Shown here: positions 24,842-34,806 of the stretch, in pieces
Layout: each line of letters begins with the position of its first letter
Numbering within the stretch: the stretch's first letter is position 1
Source: Escherichia phage FFH2
Direction: 5' to 3' (one strand)
Sequence record: KJ190158
DNA: 64,000 nucleotides
Program-made: the position numbers and the translations under genes
The notes under the pieces: generated by a model
Database searches by the model: none
What the model saw: only the letters and a program-made list of their open reading frames with translations
What the model was told of the DNA's origin: nothing

Positions 24842-26914
24842 TTATGAGAAGTCTGGCGGGACAACATCCTCTACATACCCTTTCAGAGCAACCTGCCCCA
24901 TATGAAGCACGGTAGAATCTCTAGCGGTAACAGTGATGCTGTCAGACATTACTTGCGGGTATGCCCACACATACTGTTTTACCTCAGGGTATCTATACTC
25001 TATAGTTGCCATGTTTCCGCAAATACATCTCCATAAAAATTCTTGGTAATTCCTAGTTGGGTCGTATCCATATACCGGAGCAAGCTCTTTACTAGGAACG
25101 AACCCTGCAAGGTATTGTATTTCAGACGGTTGCCAACCTAACTTAACGATAGGTATGTTTACAGACTCTTTTGCCTTTTCAATACCTCCCTGCATCACCC
25201 AATCGTAGCACTCGGTGCAGAAGAAATCAAGAGCACCTGCTTCTTTTTTATATTGGTCGGCAAGGTTCAGCTTTTGCGTAAGCTCGGTTTCCATAATAGT
25301 TGGGAAAAACAGTAAAGCTGTCATCTGAGCTGATGCAGCGTGTGCCTTTATTGCCTTTGAAATAGCCGCAATACGAGCGCCAAGCTTACCACGACAAAAT
25401 GCTACATACTTGTCGTAAACACCGCCAGTTTTAGGATCGTCAATAGTCCCAATATCTAATGCATACTCACCTGTCTCATCATAAAACGCCTGCTTTGTAG
25501 GGTAATCATAAATACAAGGTCTACGAGTATCGGTATTGTACCACCACCACGGTTCACCAACCTGCATAATCACTGGCAGGTTGTTTCTCATAGCGGCTGA
25601 TGCAAAATTCTTAAATACTGCAGTAAGGAAATTCATACCCTCTTCAATGGTTGGAGACAGGAGGTAGCTACAGGGTGTATACCCTGTTTTAGCGTAGTTA
25701 TCGTTCCAGTCTCTTTGGGTCCATTCCAACGGGCAGGCATCGCTGAAAAGCTCAAAACTTACAGATTGCATAACGTCGAAGTTATGTCGTTTGGCATTGT
25801 ACATAAAATCATCGTGCCATTTATAAGCTGCAGCGTTTAGCGCCCCTGTTCTGTTTATAGACCATTGGGTTCCTGACCATGTGTAGTCATAATAATGACT
25901 CATACCAACATAATGGTTTATGGTTCCGGTATAGCCCAGACGCTTGATATTGTTCAACACCCTTAAAGGAGATACGTTCCACATATCGTCATATGCGGTG
26001 CAGATCCCGACGTCGTGCTCTTTAACCTGAATATTGTTAAGTTGCATCATTTTCCAGCCCGTGTCTGGCTGAAGCAGATCTAGGCGCAACTCACACTCTA
26101 CATTTTCCGTTCTCGGGTCTGTGCTATTACTTACCCAGTCTTTAGGCATAAGCGGTATTAAAATCCTTCTCACCTGCCGAGGATCAACACCCATCATGTT
26201 GTTGTTCTGATCCATCCCGACGCAGTCCTCGAAATCAATATGAATCTCTGCAACATTCTTATCCTCTGAGATGCTGACAGCATATTGAGCTAAAGGAACA
26301 TAGATGATTGTGCCATCAACAAGGTCTACAGTCATAATCATCTTTTCAGGAGTGGAGAAGTTGCTGGCATTGGTTATTGACATTCTGAACCAAAGCTTGG
26401 TGTTTCTCATCTCATAGTGATCATCAAACCCAATACCGAAATGGTCATACTTGTCAACTGTTTCCCAAATGCACCCAGCCATACCTCCATATGTTCTTGA
26501 CACTAAACGGTTAATACAACAGTTGTCGTCTGCAACAATACAGGTACTTTCAGTCTGCTGAGTGGTTGTAACCCAATACCTTGGGTGAAACATTCTCTCC
26601 TCAACAGTATCCCAAGATATCCTGTCAAGATTCTCATCTGAAACTATTGTACATTTCGCCCTTTGTGTTCCAATCATCACCCCTTGAGATTTTGATGAAA
26701 ACTCCATAAAGAAGCTTCTTGGCAACCTGTTGGGTAATTTGTCAACAATTTCTACGGGGATCTCAATACTGGTTGCCCCAATTGGGATAGTTACATCTCC
26801 CTCAACATGATTATAATCCCTACCAGGAACGGCAGTATCCTGAACTGTTCGGTAATGAAACTGTGCAGCCATTGTAGAGTAATCACGGTAAGGTTTAAAA
26901 ACAGCTGTTGCCAT
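24842..26914 (-). CDS. Tail-associated protein (690 aa), possibly enzymatic
   Basis: Large ORF between baseplate genes and RBPs; Trp/Tyr-rich globular composition unlike the fibrous neighbours. Confidence 0.4.
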   Translation of the reverse strand: MATAVFKPYRDYSTMAAQFHYRTVQDTAVPGRDYNHVEGDVTIPIGATSIEIPVEIVDKLPNRLPRSFFMEFSSKSQGVMIGTQRAKCTIVSDENLDRISWDTVEERMFHPRYWVTTTQQTESTCIVADDNCCINRLVSRTYGGMAGCIWETVDKYDHFGIGFDDHYEMRNTKLWFRMSITNASNFSTPEKMIMTVDLVDGTIIYVPLAQYAVSISEDKNVAEIHIDFEDCVGMDQNNNMMGVDPRQVRRILIPLMPKDWVSNSTDPRTENVECELRLDLLQPDTGWKMMQLNNIQVKEHDVGICTAYDDMWNVSPLRVLNNIKRLGYTGTINHYVGMSHYYDYTWSGTQWSINRTGALNAAAYKWHDDFMYNAKRHNFDVMQSVSFELFSDACPLEWTQRDWNDNYAKTGYTPCSYLLSPTIEEGMNFLTAVFKNFASAAMRNNLPVIMQVGEPWWWYNTDTRRPCIYDYPTKQAFYDETGEYALDIGTIDDPKTGGVYDKYVAFCRGKLGARIAAISKAIKAHAASAQMTALLFFPTIMETELTQKLNLADQYKKEAGALDFFCTECYDWVMQGGIEKAKESVNIPIVKLGWQPSEIQYLAGFVPSKELAPVYGYDPTRNYQEFLWRCICGNMATIEYRYPEVKQYVWAYPQVMSDSITVTARDSTVLHMGQVALKGYVEDVVPPDFS

Positions 26915-27600
26915 TAACCCTCCTGTCTAGTTGCGTTTACTGTAATACTTTCACAATAAATGGTTGTGGTGTCCCAATCAGGTCTTACGTCAGGAACATA
27001 TAGCAAAGTAGCCAGCCCACCAACTCCGAATTGGTTTTCTTCCCACACTGATCCGAAGCCAAGAGCTGTAGAGTCCCCTTCAAAACCAAAAGCTTGCCCT
27101 TGCGATTCTGTAAGACGCAAATGACAAGGCAATGGTAGCATATCTAAGATCTGATCGATAGACTGCAGTATGTCAAAGCAAGTTTTTCTAATATTTATGT
27201 CAAACCTGAAGTTGTCTCCTTTCCACGTATCGAAATTGTCTCTTCCGAACAATTGTCGCAAGGTGGAGATGACATCTTCGCGAGTCCCGCCCCTTGATGC
27301 TGCGGCCTGCTGAATAATCAGTGTGGCACGAAAATCAGCATCTGAAAGTCCATTCCTAAGAATACCAAGTTGATTACCAACTTCGTCAAGGTATCTTCCG
27401 CTGGCATTGTTAAGCAATCTTCCTTCAGCCAAACCTACCAGCATCTTATCAACATCCTCCAACCTTTTAAGGTATACGGTTAAGAATGTGACTAAATTAA
27501 CCTTCTCAGCCAGAAAATCTCCAGGTAGGTAGTCAAGACCTCCCTGAACAAAATCTGGCAGAGTGTGGATGTGGTTAACATCCGACTTAATCTCTGCCAT
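26914..27600 (-). CDS. Putative baseplate protein (228 aa)
   Basis: Start overlaps stop of baseplate-J-like gene; position only. Confidence 0.35.
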   Translation of the reverse strand: MAEIKSDVNHIHTLPDFVQGGLDYLPGDFLAEKVNLVTFLTVYLKRLEDVDKMLVGLAEGRLLNNASGRYLDEVGNQLGILRNGLSDADFRATLIIQQAAASRGGTREDVISTLRQLFGRDNFDTWKGDNFRFDINIRKTCFDILQSIDQILDMLPLPCHLRLTESQGQAFGFEGDSTALGFGSVWEENQFGVGGLATLLYVPDVRPDWDTTTIYCESITVNATRQEG

Positions 27601-27611
27601 ATCTCGCCGCC

Positions 27612-29102
27612 TTAAATAGTTTGTTGGAAAGTTATATTACTTTCGTCGAGGTCAAACACCTCGGTCATGTTCGCAACAATATCGTTTGTAGTGTAAGCTT
27701 CATCAGAAGCTCCTACGGATTTAACTTGAATTACCAGTCTATTAAATCTACCTATTGACACAGCAGCAGATGCAGCACCTACCAATTGGATATTATACAA
27801 CGTATCTGCAACATCCAGTCCGTTAACAACCTGCAAAAGAGCCTCTATAATGGCATCTTTTTCGGTTGTAGAAAGCGCAGCACCGGAGTAGGTAATTCTT
27901 ACATCTAGGCGGTAGGTGTTTGCCTTGGAGTAATAAATTCTTTCAGTTTGACCGTCAGATGTAGTGACATCGTAGAAAATATTACCATAAGTCCTGTTCG
28001 TACAGGCTATAGTTTGGTAAAGTGCTTGGCAAATGTCTTCCGTTGCACCACCAAACACAACCACTTGGAACTTGTAAGGAGGTATACCTTTAGCATCAGT
28101 TTTATCGGTGTTGTTGGAGAACACTCTCACTTTCTCAACACCTTTCACCTCGCTTACAGCGCTAAGGATTGCAGGACGGGTAGCCTTAGATGTTAACTGT
28201 TTTGTGCTGGAAGCTCTTAAGCGATACTCTGAGTCTTTCTCAACATCCCTGCCCTCATTGAATCTTTCTCGGTTGGTAAGCTTGATGAATCCACTGGGAG
28301 TAGGTGACATTGTTGTCACGGTTTCTGCCTCTCTTGACAGCTCACCAGCCTCGTTAGCGATAACATCCAGTGTGATAGTTCTTTCCCCTACAATCGGGGA
28401 TACTCTGAAATCTACCCTGCTATTAAGTCCAACTTGATCAAGATTCGAATTGTACCCTATCCACAACGTTCCTGTCAACATATCGATCTGAATCAAATCG
28501 TCGTTCAACAGGGTTGTATTATCGACAATGAATTGCTTAATCTCTCCGTAAAAGCTTGGCAAATCAGAAGAGTCCAGAGACTTATCTGTTAAAACCAGGC
28601 TTTTTGTTTTGATACTTCCATCTGTCTGGTTGGTAATTTGAAAGTTGTATTTACCAATCCTTAGGTCCGGAGCATTTATTCTGTGAGCAATAAGATTCCC
28701 TGCTACTTGCACATCATTACTAAGAACAAAGTTGCCACTGTCCAGCGTATAAGTTTTGGAATCATAAATCATATTGTACGGCACAGTTGTGTTGATTGTC
28801 AACTGGCAGGTACCTGATGATTTAGAACGGCCTCTTCGGTAAATACCCTGTCTTCCAAGAAGCTCATCTAGGTAAATACCTTCTGCCCCATACAGCGTCT
28901 GTGATGCGTATACAGATGCTGCCATAAGAATAAGTTGATACTCTCGCTCGTTGAAGATAGTGGTCAGCTTATCTGCAACGGAGTTACTCTGTACGTTGAA
29001 GTTTTCGCCAAAAGCACGGATCAGGCTTTGCTTAGTTTCAACGATTAGGTCATTTAGGGTTGGTATAACGAAACCAGCCTCTGTCAATCCATACTTAGCC
29101 AC
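27612..29102 (-). CDS. Baseplate J-like wedge protein (496 aa), GTG start
   Basis: N-terminal pattern resembles baseplate-J family; GGAGGAG RBS 6 nt upstream of GTG; sigma70-like promoter upstream. Confidence 0.45.
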   Translation of the reverse strand: MAKYGLTEAGFVIPTLNDLIVETKQSLIRAFGENFNVQSNSVADKLTTIFNEREYQLILMAASVYASQTLYGAEGIYLDELLGRQGIYRRGRSKSSGTCQLTINTTVPYNMIYDSKTYTLDSGNFVLSNDVQVAGNLIAHRINAPDLRIGKYNFQITNQTDGSIKTKSLVLTDKSLDSSDLPSFYGEIKQFIVDNTTLLNDDLIQIDMLTGTLWIGYNSNLDQVGLNSRVDFRVSPIVGERTITLDVIANEAGELSREAETVTTMSPTPSGFIKLTNRERFNEGRDVEKDSEYRLRASSTKQLTSKATRPAILSAVSEVKGVEKVRVFSNNTDKTDAKGIPPYKFQVVVFGGATEDICQALYQTIACTNRTYGNIFYDVTTSDGQTERIYYSKANTYRLDVRITYSGAALSTTEKDAIIEALLQVVNGLDVADTLYNIQLVGAASAAVSIGRFNRLVIQVKSVGASDEAYTTNDIVANMTEVFDLDESNITFQQTI

Positions 29103-29134
29103 GTCACTCCTCCGGTATGAAAATCTCTACAAGG

Positions 29135-29163
29135 TATTTTACCAAATTTTGTAACAATAGTCA
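29135..29163 (-). promoter_or_regulatory. Sigma70-like promoter (-35 TTGACT, 17-nt spacer, -10 TAAAAT)
   Basis: Immediately downstream of terminator 29169-29199; upstream of baseplate-J-like gene. Confidence 0.5.
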
Positions 29164-29168
29164 ATCTG

Positions 29169-29199
29169 AGCATAAAAATAAACCCCGCCGAAGCGGGGC
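29169..29199 (-). terminator. UUCG-tetraloop terminator (CCCCGC-UUCG-GCGGGG plus UUUAUUUUUAU)
   Basis: After J-like gene; promoter follows. Confidence 0.6.
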
Positions 29200-29207
29200 T
29201 TTAAAGG

Positions 29208-32200
29208 TTAGTCGTGAGACTCGTTCCAAGGTCCCTGGAAGCTAGAGTTTGAACGACTTACTATCACAGTAGGACAGGAGATTGTGACACCTGTCACGCT
29301 CGACGTTGACCACGGTGTGTAAATCTCGATAACAATGTCTATAGTTTGTTCACCCAGACCTGTTATCCCTACCGCACACATGCCGTTGTTGTCGTTAAAA
29401 TACTTCTTGCCAGCAAGGATCTGATGACCAGCTATCCATGCATTCAGTTGGGAGCTGGCAAGAGTACCATTCAGTTTAAAGAAGAATGTTACGTTCTTAC
29501 CCTGACCTGAAACGTTATCTACGTATCTCCACCTCCAACGGCAAACCCTTTGCTGGGAGTTATATACTGGGGCACAATCCCCGTAAGTCCTGTGTGCAAC
29601 AATTGCACCTTCGAACTGGTTAGCGCGGATAACAGAAGCTTCTACACGACCACGGAAGGTACCTCCGGTTGCATCTATGGTGCCTCTAAAGCTACCATTA
29701 TTGGCATAAACATCCCCACGGAAGGTACCACTAGTGGCGTTAACTGCCCCTGTGAAGTTACCAGAACTGGCGTTGATGTTGCCTTTCACCCACACATCCA
29801 TGAATTGGGCGTGCCCGTTCTTGTTAATATACCAACCGTATTTATGGTACCCGTTGCCGTCGTAGTTGTTTGACGAAATTTCTTGTGCGATCTTGGCAGA
29901 GGAGATCGTGCCATTCTCTATAAAAGCGTCTTTCAAGAACGCTTGGTTGTTCTTGATTGCGAAAGCAAGGGTTGCTGTTCCATTTCCGGGGTTGTATACC
30001 GCAAAATTGTTTGCACTAACCATGAAGTAGGATTGAACTTGGCCCCCAGACCCTTCCATCCCCAGCTGGATACCTGCAACATATTTATTCCCTGCGGAGT
30101 CTACCTGAATCTTAGCTCCCCACTGAGCATCTATTTTACCCTCAAGTGTTGTTACAGCTTTAGAGGTATTAGATACTGTAGCCCTGAGCTCATCAATATT
30201 ACCCATTTCGTCAACAATTTCTTGTTTTGCAGAGGTAAGTTCTTGACGGATCGCTGTGGCTGTATTATTAACAAGATCAACTGTTGTACTATTAGTTTCT
30301 TGAATAGATGCTTGCAGATTGGCAACCTCTTTCTGCACATCATCTTCCAGCTTGGTGATCTTCCCTGTAGCTGCCACCAGATCCTGCTTAATAGCTTCCG
30401 TTGTCTTATTTAGCAGATCGGTTGTTGCCTTGTTGGTTTCTTGAATAGAGGAGTTAAGTTTGCTCTCAGTGTTCTTCAACTCTTCCCGCAGAGTACCTTG
30501 AGTTGCAGTTATTTGCTCACTCAATGCTTGAGTTTTACGATTAACAAGATCAACGGTTGATCTATTTGTTGTCTCGATTAGTGACCCAAGCCTACCAGAC
30601 TCTGCTGCAAGTTTATCGTCAAAGGATTGCTGAGCTGCTACCAGCTTACTGTTAAGGGCAGAAATTTCTCCATTAACCCCTGTAAATTTTTCTGTCGTCT
30701 CTCTGACAACACCCTCTATTGTATCCCCAAGCTCTTCAAAAATGCTAGTAACACGGTCATTGACTGCACCAACATTTTTATCCATTTCCTTGACTGCATT
30801 ATCAAGATTGGCGGTAAGCTCTTTATAAGTCTCTGTCTTTTTGAACTCCGCATCAATCTGTGGCATAAGATCTTCTATGGATGTGTAACAGTGGGCTGCA
30901 CACTCCACAAAAGCAGATGAACCAAAAGCATTTGTTGTCCTGATATACCAGTAATAAATCTTATCGTTCTGCAGACCTTCAGATGTCCAAGTTGAACCAA
31001 CACCCATACGAGTGGCTTTTGAAGTAACGGTTGCATCACTGGTATCTGGCAATCTTGTCATCCCAGATGTCCAAAAGTCGTACTGGGTGCTTACACTAGC
31101 CAAGTCTCTGCTGTGCGGGATCAGGGTAATAGCAAAGTATCCCTGTTTAACCTCCACAGAAACAGGAGCTTCAGGTGCCTGAATGTTGAACTCACAATAT
31201 GCTTCCGGAGATACGCCACCTTTATAAGATGTTGCAACCACGGTTGCTGTGTATGACCCTTTGGTCAAGCCTTCTACTCGGACAAACTGCTCAACTGTTT
31301 GTGCTGTCCAAACAATCTCTCCGTTCTTTCTTACCTGCACAATATTTTGAGCGTAGGTACCAACGTTGTCCCAAGCCAAAACACCGTGAGTTACTTCTCC
31401 AGCTTGGAGAACGGAATATCTGAAGTTTTGCGGTTGAGCTACACCAGATGGAGATATTGGAATATCTACATCGCCAGAATCCGGAAGTTGTCCTGTGGCA
31501 TCATTCCACTCTTTAGCATCTTGACGAAGTTTTACCTTGACACCACCCTTTTTGGTAAACTCCCATTCAAGAACTCTCATTTCTTGGCCCACTATACCAA
31601 TACTTGGGAGGTCCATTGTAACGTAACGACCAGGTTTGAATTTGAAACCTCGCATATTGCAGGTGACTTCAATAATCCTGCCAGCTCTGGCACGTCTTAG
31701 GAAGATTGCAGAAACACGCTGAGCTTGATAAGGACTGGTAACAAAGCGATAGTCTATATCGATTATCTTTCTTTCTCCATCCTTCTCTATCCACTCTGGG
31801 ACAAACACTGATGGAAAATCTGTTTCAGAATACCCTTTGGTAGGACTGGTGAATCTGCCAGTTATTGTGTTGGATCTTTTGTCAAATGAGGCTTCCGGAT
31901 AGATCTTGACCTCACCACAGACACAATCCTCACTCAGTGTCATTGTTGCCGGGCCATAGTATGCACCAACCAGCAAACCATACTTACCAGCTACATAGCT
32001 GAGATCTGCACCACAAGCTTTCAGCATTTCTGCCATAATGCTTGCTGGGGCCTCATCCATGTCAAACTCACCGTTAATGGTGTAACGTCGCTCACTGGTT
32101 CCGTCAGCGTTTTTTACCGCCTCGTCGCATATGTTGGCAGCCTCCTTGAAGGACTCCCAGTTAATGGTTTCGTCAGGACATTTAAGGTACGTTCTTAAAT

Positions 32201-32807
32201 AGTCTAGGATCACCAAGGCCGCGTTATTGGTATACACCTCTTTACTGATACGAGGATCATAGCATTTTTTACCAACCTTGACAAGTGTAACGTTTGGCAA
32301 CCCAAAAGGAAACTTGTTAGGGTCAAACCTGAAGCTGGCACGTAGCCAACTGATCCCTCTACCTATCATGTCGGGTGACCATGATGGGCAGTGTGTACCC
32401 ATGAAAGGATCAGATGTTTTTCTGTCGTTATGTAGCTCCCACGATACCAGATCTCCATACGAGGAAATAGGATTACCGTCGATAAGTATATCTTCTACAC
32501 CTTCCAGAGGGTGATTGGCAAGAACAATAGCACAATGGAGGGTTCTGTCTCTGTCCTGCTCCAAAAACGCAAGCAATCCAGACGTACGTGTCTTACCATA
32601 CACTACAGAGCAAGGTGCAGCAGAAGATCTGAGAAGCTTTTGTCTATCTTGCTGACTTCTGTAAGATTTGTTGCCCTCAAAAATCTTATCCAGAGTTCTG
32701 GTGGTAACAGTGTTCAGGCTGTCAGCCAGAGCTGCCTTGGATGCGTTCCAGTCATAACTTGAAGATCTTGCAGAAGCAACGATGTTATCAATCATTGCAA
32801 TTGGCAT
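29208..32807 (-). CDS. Central fibre or host-specificity J-like protein (1199 aa)
   Basis: Globular N-terminal half, long heptad coiled-coil region, C-terminal GxFxG repeats (TSGTFRGDVYANNGSFRGTIDATGGTFRG); follows three small tail genes in a lambda M-L-K-J-like order. Confidence 0.5.
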   Translation of the reverse strand: MPIAMIDNIVASARSSSYDWNASKAALADSLNTVTTRTLDKIFEGNKSYRSQQDRQKLLRSSAAPCSVVYGKTRTSGLLAFLEQDRDRTLHCAIVLANHPLEGVEDILIDGNPISSYGDLVSWELHNDRKTSDPFMGTHCPSWSPDMIGRGISWLRASFRFDPNKFPFGLPNVTLVKVGKKCYDPRISKEVYTNNAALVILDYLRTYLKCPDETINWESFKEAANICDEAVKNADGTSERRYTINGEFDMDEAPASIMAEMLKACGADLSYVAGKYGLLVGAYYGPATMTLSEDCVCGEVKIYPEASFDKRSNTITGRFTSPTKGYSETDFPSVFVPEWIEKDGERKIIDIDYRFVTSPYQAQRVSAIFLRRARAGRIIEVTCNMRGFKFKPGRYVTMDLPSIGIVGQEMRVLEWEFTKKGGVKVKLRQDAKEWNDATGQLPDSGDVDIPISPSGVAQPQNFRYSVLQAGEVTHGVLAWDNVGTYAQNIVQVRKNGEIVWTAQTVEQFVRVEGLTKGSYTATVVATSYKGGVSPEAYCEFNIQAPEAPVSVEVKQGYFAITLIPHSRDLASVSTQYDFWTSGMTRLPDTSDATVTSKATRMGVGSTWTSEGLQNDKIYYWYIRTTNAFGSSAFVECAAHCYTSIEDLMPQIDAEFKKTETYKELTANLDNAVKEMDKNVGAVNDRVTSIFEELGDTIEGVVRETTEKFTGVNGEISALNSKLVAAQQSFDDKLAAESGRLGSLIETTNRSTVDLVNRKTQALSEQITATQGTLREELKNTESKLNSSIQETNKATTDLLNKTTEAIKQDLVAATGKITKLEDDVQKEVANLQASIQETNSTTVDLVNNTATAIRQELTSAKQEIVDEMGNIDELRATVSNTSKAVTTLEGKIDAQWGAKIQVDSAGNKYVAGIQLGMEGSGGQVQSYFMVSANNFAVYNPGNGTATLAFAIKNNQAFLKDAFIENGTISSAKIAQEISSNNYDGNGYHKYGWYINKNGHAQFMDVWVKGNINASSGNFTGAVNATSGTFRGDVYANNGSFRGTIDATGGTFRGRVEASVIRANQFEGAIVAHRTYGDCAPVYNSQQRVCRWRWRYVDNVSGQGKNVTFFFKLNGTLASSQLNAWIAGHQILAGKKYFNDNNGMCAVGITGLGEQTIDIVIEIYTPWSTSSVTGVTISCPTVIVSRSNSSFQGPWNESHD

Positions 32808-33244
32808 TAATACCTCCAGACATCAACAACGATAGAATCTTTCATGTCGAACATAAAGACCCCTTTATCACCTTTCGCCCAAATCTGGTTGTTCCAGAAC
32901 ACACCAGCGGTGAGCCCGTTCAGACCTTCGAAAATGACAATATCTCCACGCTGAACCTGTTTAGGAGTATCCAGCCGAGTCATAAAGAGATCAAAAATAG
33001 TAGGCAGGTGTGTAGTTTTGAAACGAAGCATGCACCATCTTTTGCTTTCCAACTCTGTTTTATACGTTCCTTCGAAGTTGGAAAGAAAATCTGTTCCGTA
33101 TTGGGCATCAACACACTTAGCCGCAAAGGTGCAACAATCGTGGAATCCCCATTCAAAAGGTATGGTGGCCTCTTCGTCAAACACTTTCCACAATCTTTCT
33201 TGCCAATCAACTAAACGAGGGTGTGTGCTCATTAAACCTCCCAA
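32807..33244 (-). CDS. Small tail protein, possible NlpC/P60-like peptidase fold
   Basis: Position upstream of J-like gene; FHDCCTFAAKC segment with Cys/His; weak. Confidence 0.3.
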   Translation of the reverse strand: MGGLMSTHPRLVDWQERLWKVFDEEATIPFEWGFHDCCTFAAKCVDAQYGTDFLSNFEGTYKTELESKRWCMLRFKTTHLPTIFDLFMTRLDTPKQVQRGDIVIFEGLNGLTAGVFWNNQIWAKGDKGVFMFDMKDSIVVDVWRY

Positions 33245-33798
33245 ATGATCGGGCGGCTCGCCACCTGATCCACATATTTAAAAAATCTGTCATTATCGTT
33301 TCTTGAGCTGTGGCTTTCCTCCGTGTACCGATAAGGAAAACCTCTTAACCAACTGTTGAAGATGGAAGAGATGGATATTGACAAAGCACTATTCTCACCT
33401 GTCTGAATAGCCATATCTGTTATAAGGCCGTCAAACAAGCCATTAGTTGTGACAGGTAGACCATTCTCCATAGCGGTAATGTACAACGTGGCACGACAAC
33501 CAGAATACTCCGTCTTCAGCAGATCACCCACATACTTAGGATCAAACCCGTTCAATGTTGCTACCACAGATCCGAAGTTGGTGGCATCTTTCTCAGACAC
33601 AGCAGTTAATGTTGCTGATCCCCCTATCCCTATAAAATGTTGCCCCTCAATTACTACAACACCAGTGCCTGAGCACACCCTGACAGTTCCTGTCGGTAGC
33701 TCCAGCTTTGCAGCAATTAAGATCTCAACACCATCAAGCTCCAGCTTTTCAAGAAATAAATTATCTAATGGCGCTCTGATCATCTTAGAAATCCTCAA
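33232..33798 (-). CDS. Tail protein (188 aa)
   Basis: Gene order only. Confidence 0.35.
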   Translation of the reverse strand: MRISKMIRAPLDNLFLEKLELDGVEILIAAKLELPTGTVRVCSGTGVVVIEGQHFIGIGGSATLTAVSEKDATNFGSVVATLNGFDPKYVGDLLKTEYSGCRATLYITAMENGLPVTTNGLFDGLITDMAIQTGENSALSISISSIFNSWLRGFPYRYTEESHSSRNDNDRFFKYVDQVASRPIIWEV

Positions 33799-34375
33799 AG
33801 AAGTTGATAACTATATTATCACCTTTTTGCATAGCATCGACTTTTTGCTTAATTTTATAAATATCTCTGATATGAAACCTACCCTTCGGGGATTGAGTTA
33901 TTATCTTCATAGTGTCCCCTGCGGCAATAGGTTTTCTAAGTCTTGGAGATATGCTTATAACAGCAGACCCAACACCATCGCTACGCACTGGAGCTGTTAC
34001 CACTTTCAATTCATCATTGACAGATATTTTATCCCCAGCTCTAGCTATGTCTCTGTTTGGCTCCCACCCAACCGTCTTCAAAAAATCGTCGTTACCAGTA
34101 GGCCCAAGGGCGATTGGCTCATTAGCTGTAACTGAGTGACCGTAAGTTTTAATAAGAAAGATGTTTCCATCTTTATACACCTGATCAACAAAGCTCTTAA
34201 GCTCCAGCAACTGTGACTCGCTGATATTGGAAACCGTCAGAGTGCCTTTCCAATTAGGTGTGGCATAGGTTACTTTTTGCGTTTTACCTGTAAACGGACT
34301 TTTAAACGTAACAATATCTGCCAGCAGCTCCAATCTAATATCCGGAAGGTATCTAGGCCTTTCCCATAAAAACAT
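33785..34375 (-). CDS. Tail protein (196 aa)
   Basis: Gene order; preceded by terminator plus sigma70-like promoter. Confidence 0.35.
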   Translation of the reverse strand: MFLWERPRYLPDIRLELLADIVTFKSPFTGKTQKVTYATPNWKGTLTVSNISESQLLELKSFVDQVYKDGNIFLIKTYGHSVTANEPIALGPTGNDDFLKTVGWEPNRDIARAGDKISVNDELKVVTAPVRSDGVGSAVISISPRLRKPIAAGDTMKIITQSPKGRFHIRDIYKIKQKVDAMQKGDNIVINFFEDF

Positions 34376-34406
34376 TGTGCCTCCAGGTTAAACAATCATG
34401 ATAGTT

Positions 34407-34435
34407 ATTTTACCAGATTTTAAGTTAATACGCAA
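34407..34435 (-). promoter_or_regulatory. Sigma70-like promoter (-35 TTGCGT, 17-nt spacer, -10 TAAAAT)
   Basis: Follows terminator 34436-34467; upstream of gene 33785-34375. Confidence 0.4.
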
Positions 34436-34467
34436 TACAAACAAAAAGCCCCCGCCGAAGCGAGGGC
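34436..34467 (-). terminator. UUCG-tetraloop terminator (GCCCUCGC-UUCG-GCGGGGGC plus UUUUUGUUUG)
   Basis: After gene 34474-34806; promoter follows. Confidence 0.6.
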
Positions 34468-34473
34468 AATACT

Positions 34474-34806
34474 TTAAAGTGCTTCCAAGGTGGATACTGA
34501 TGGGTCGAACATGTTCAACCTTATCGGATCTACAACTTTTCCGCTTTTAGAGACGATGTTTTCTGCATCCTCGTCCAGAGCCAGAACGTTAACATAAAAC
34601 AATTCACTTTTCTCGCAAACCTGGTAGACAACCATGTTGCCAAATTCATCTTCGGCCTCATAAGTGTCTCCAGTCTCTGTGTAAATGAACCCGACAACCT
34701 CTACAAGAAGGGTGTTTTGCAACACCTCATTCTCGTAAAAGCCGATTTCGTCCATGAAACCGTTAAAATCCTCCCTGTCAGTAAACCCAAGGGTAAAAGT
34801 ATTCAT
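34474..34806 (-). CDS. Acidic hypothetical protein (110 aa), possible fibre chaperone
   Basis: Start overlaps stop of the 1479-aa fibre gene; strong UUCG terminator follows. Confidence 0.35.
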   Translation of the reverse strand: MNTFTLGFTDREDFNGFMDEIGFYENEVLQNTLLVEVVGFIYTETGDTYEAEDEFGNMVVYQVCEKSELFYVNVLALDEDAENIVSKSGKVVDPIRLNMFDPSVSTLEAL

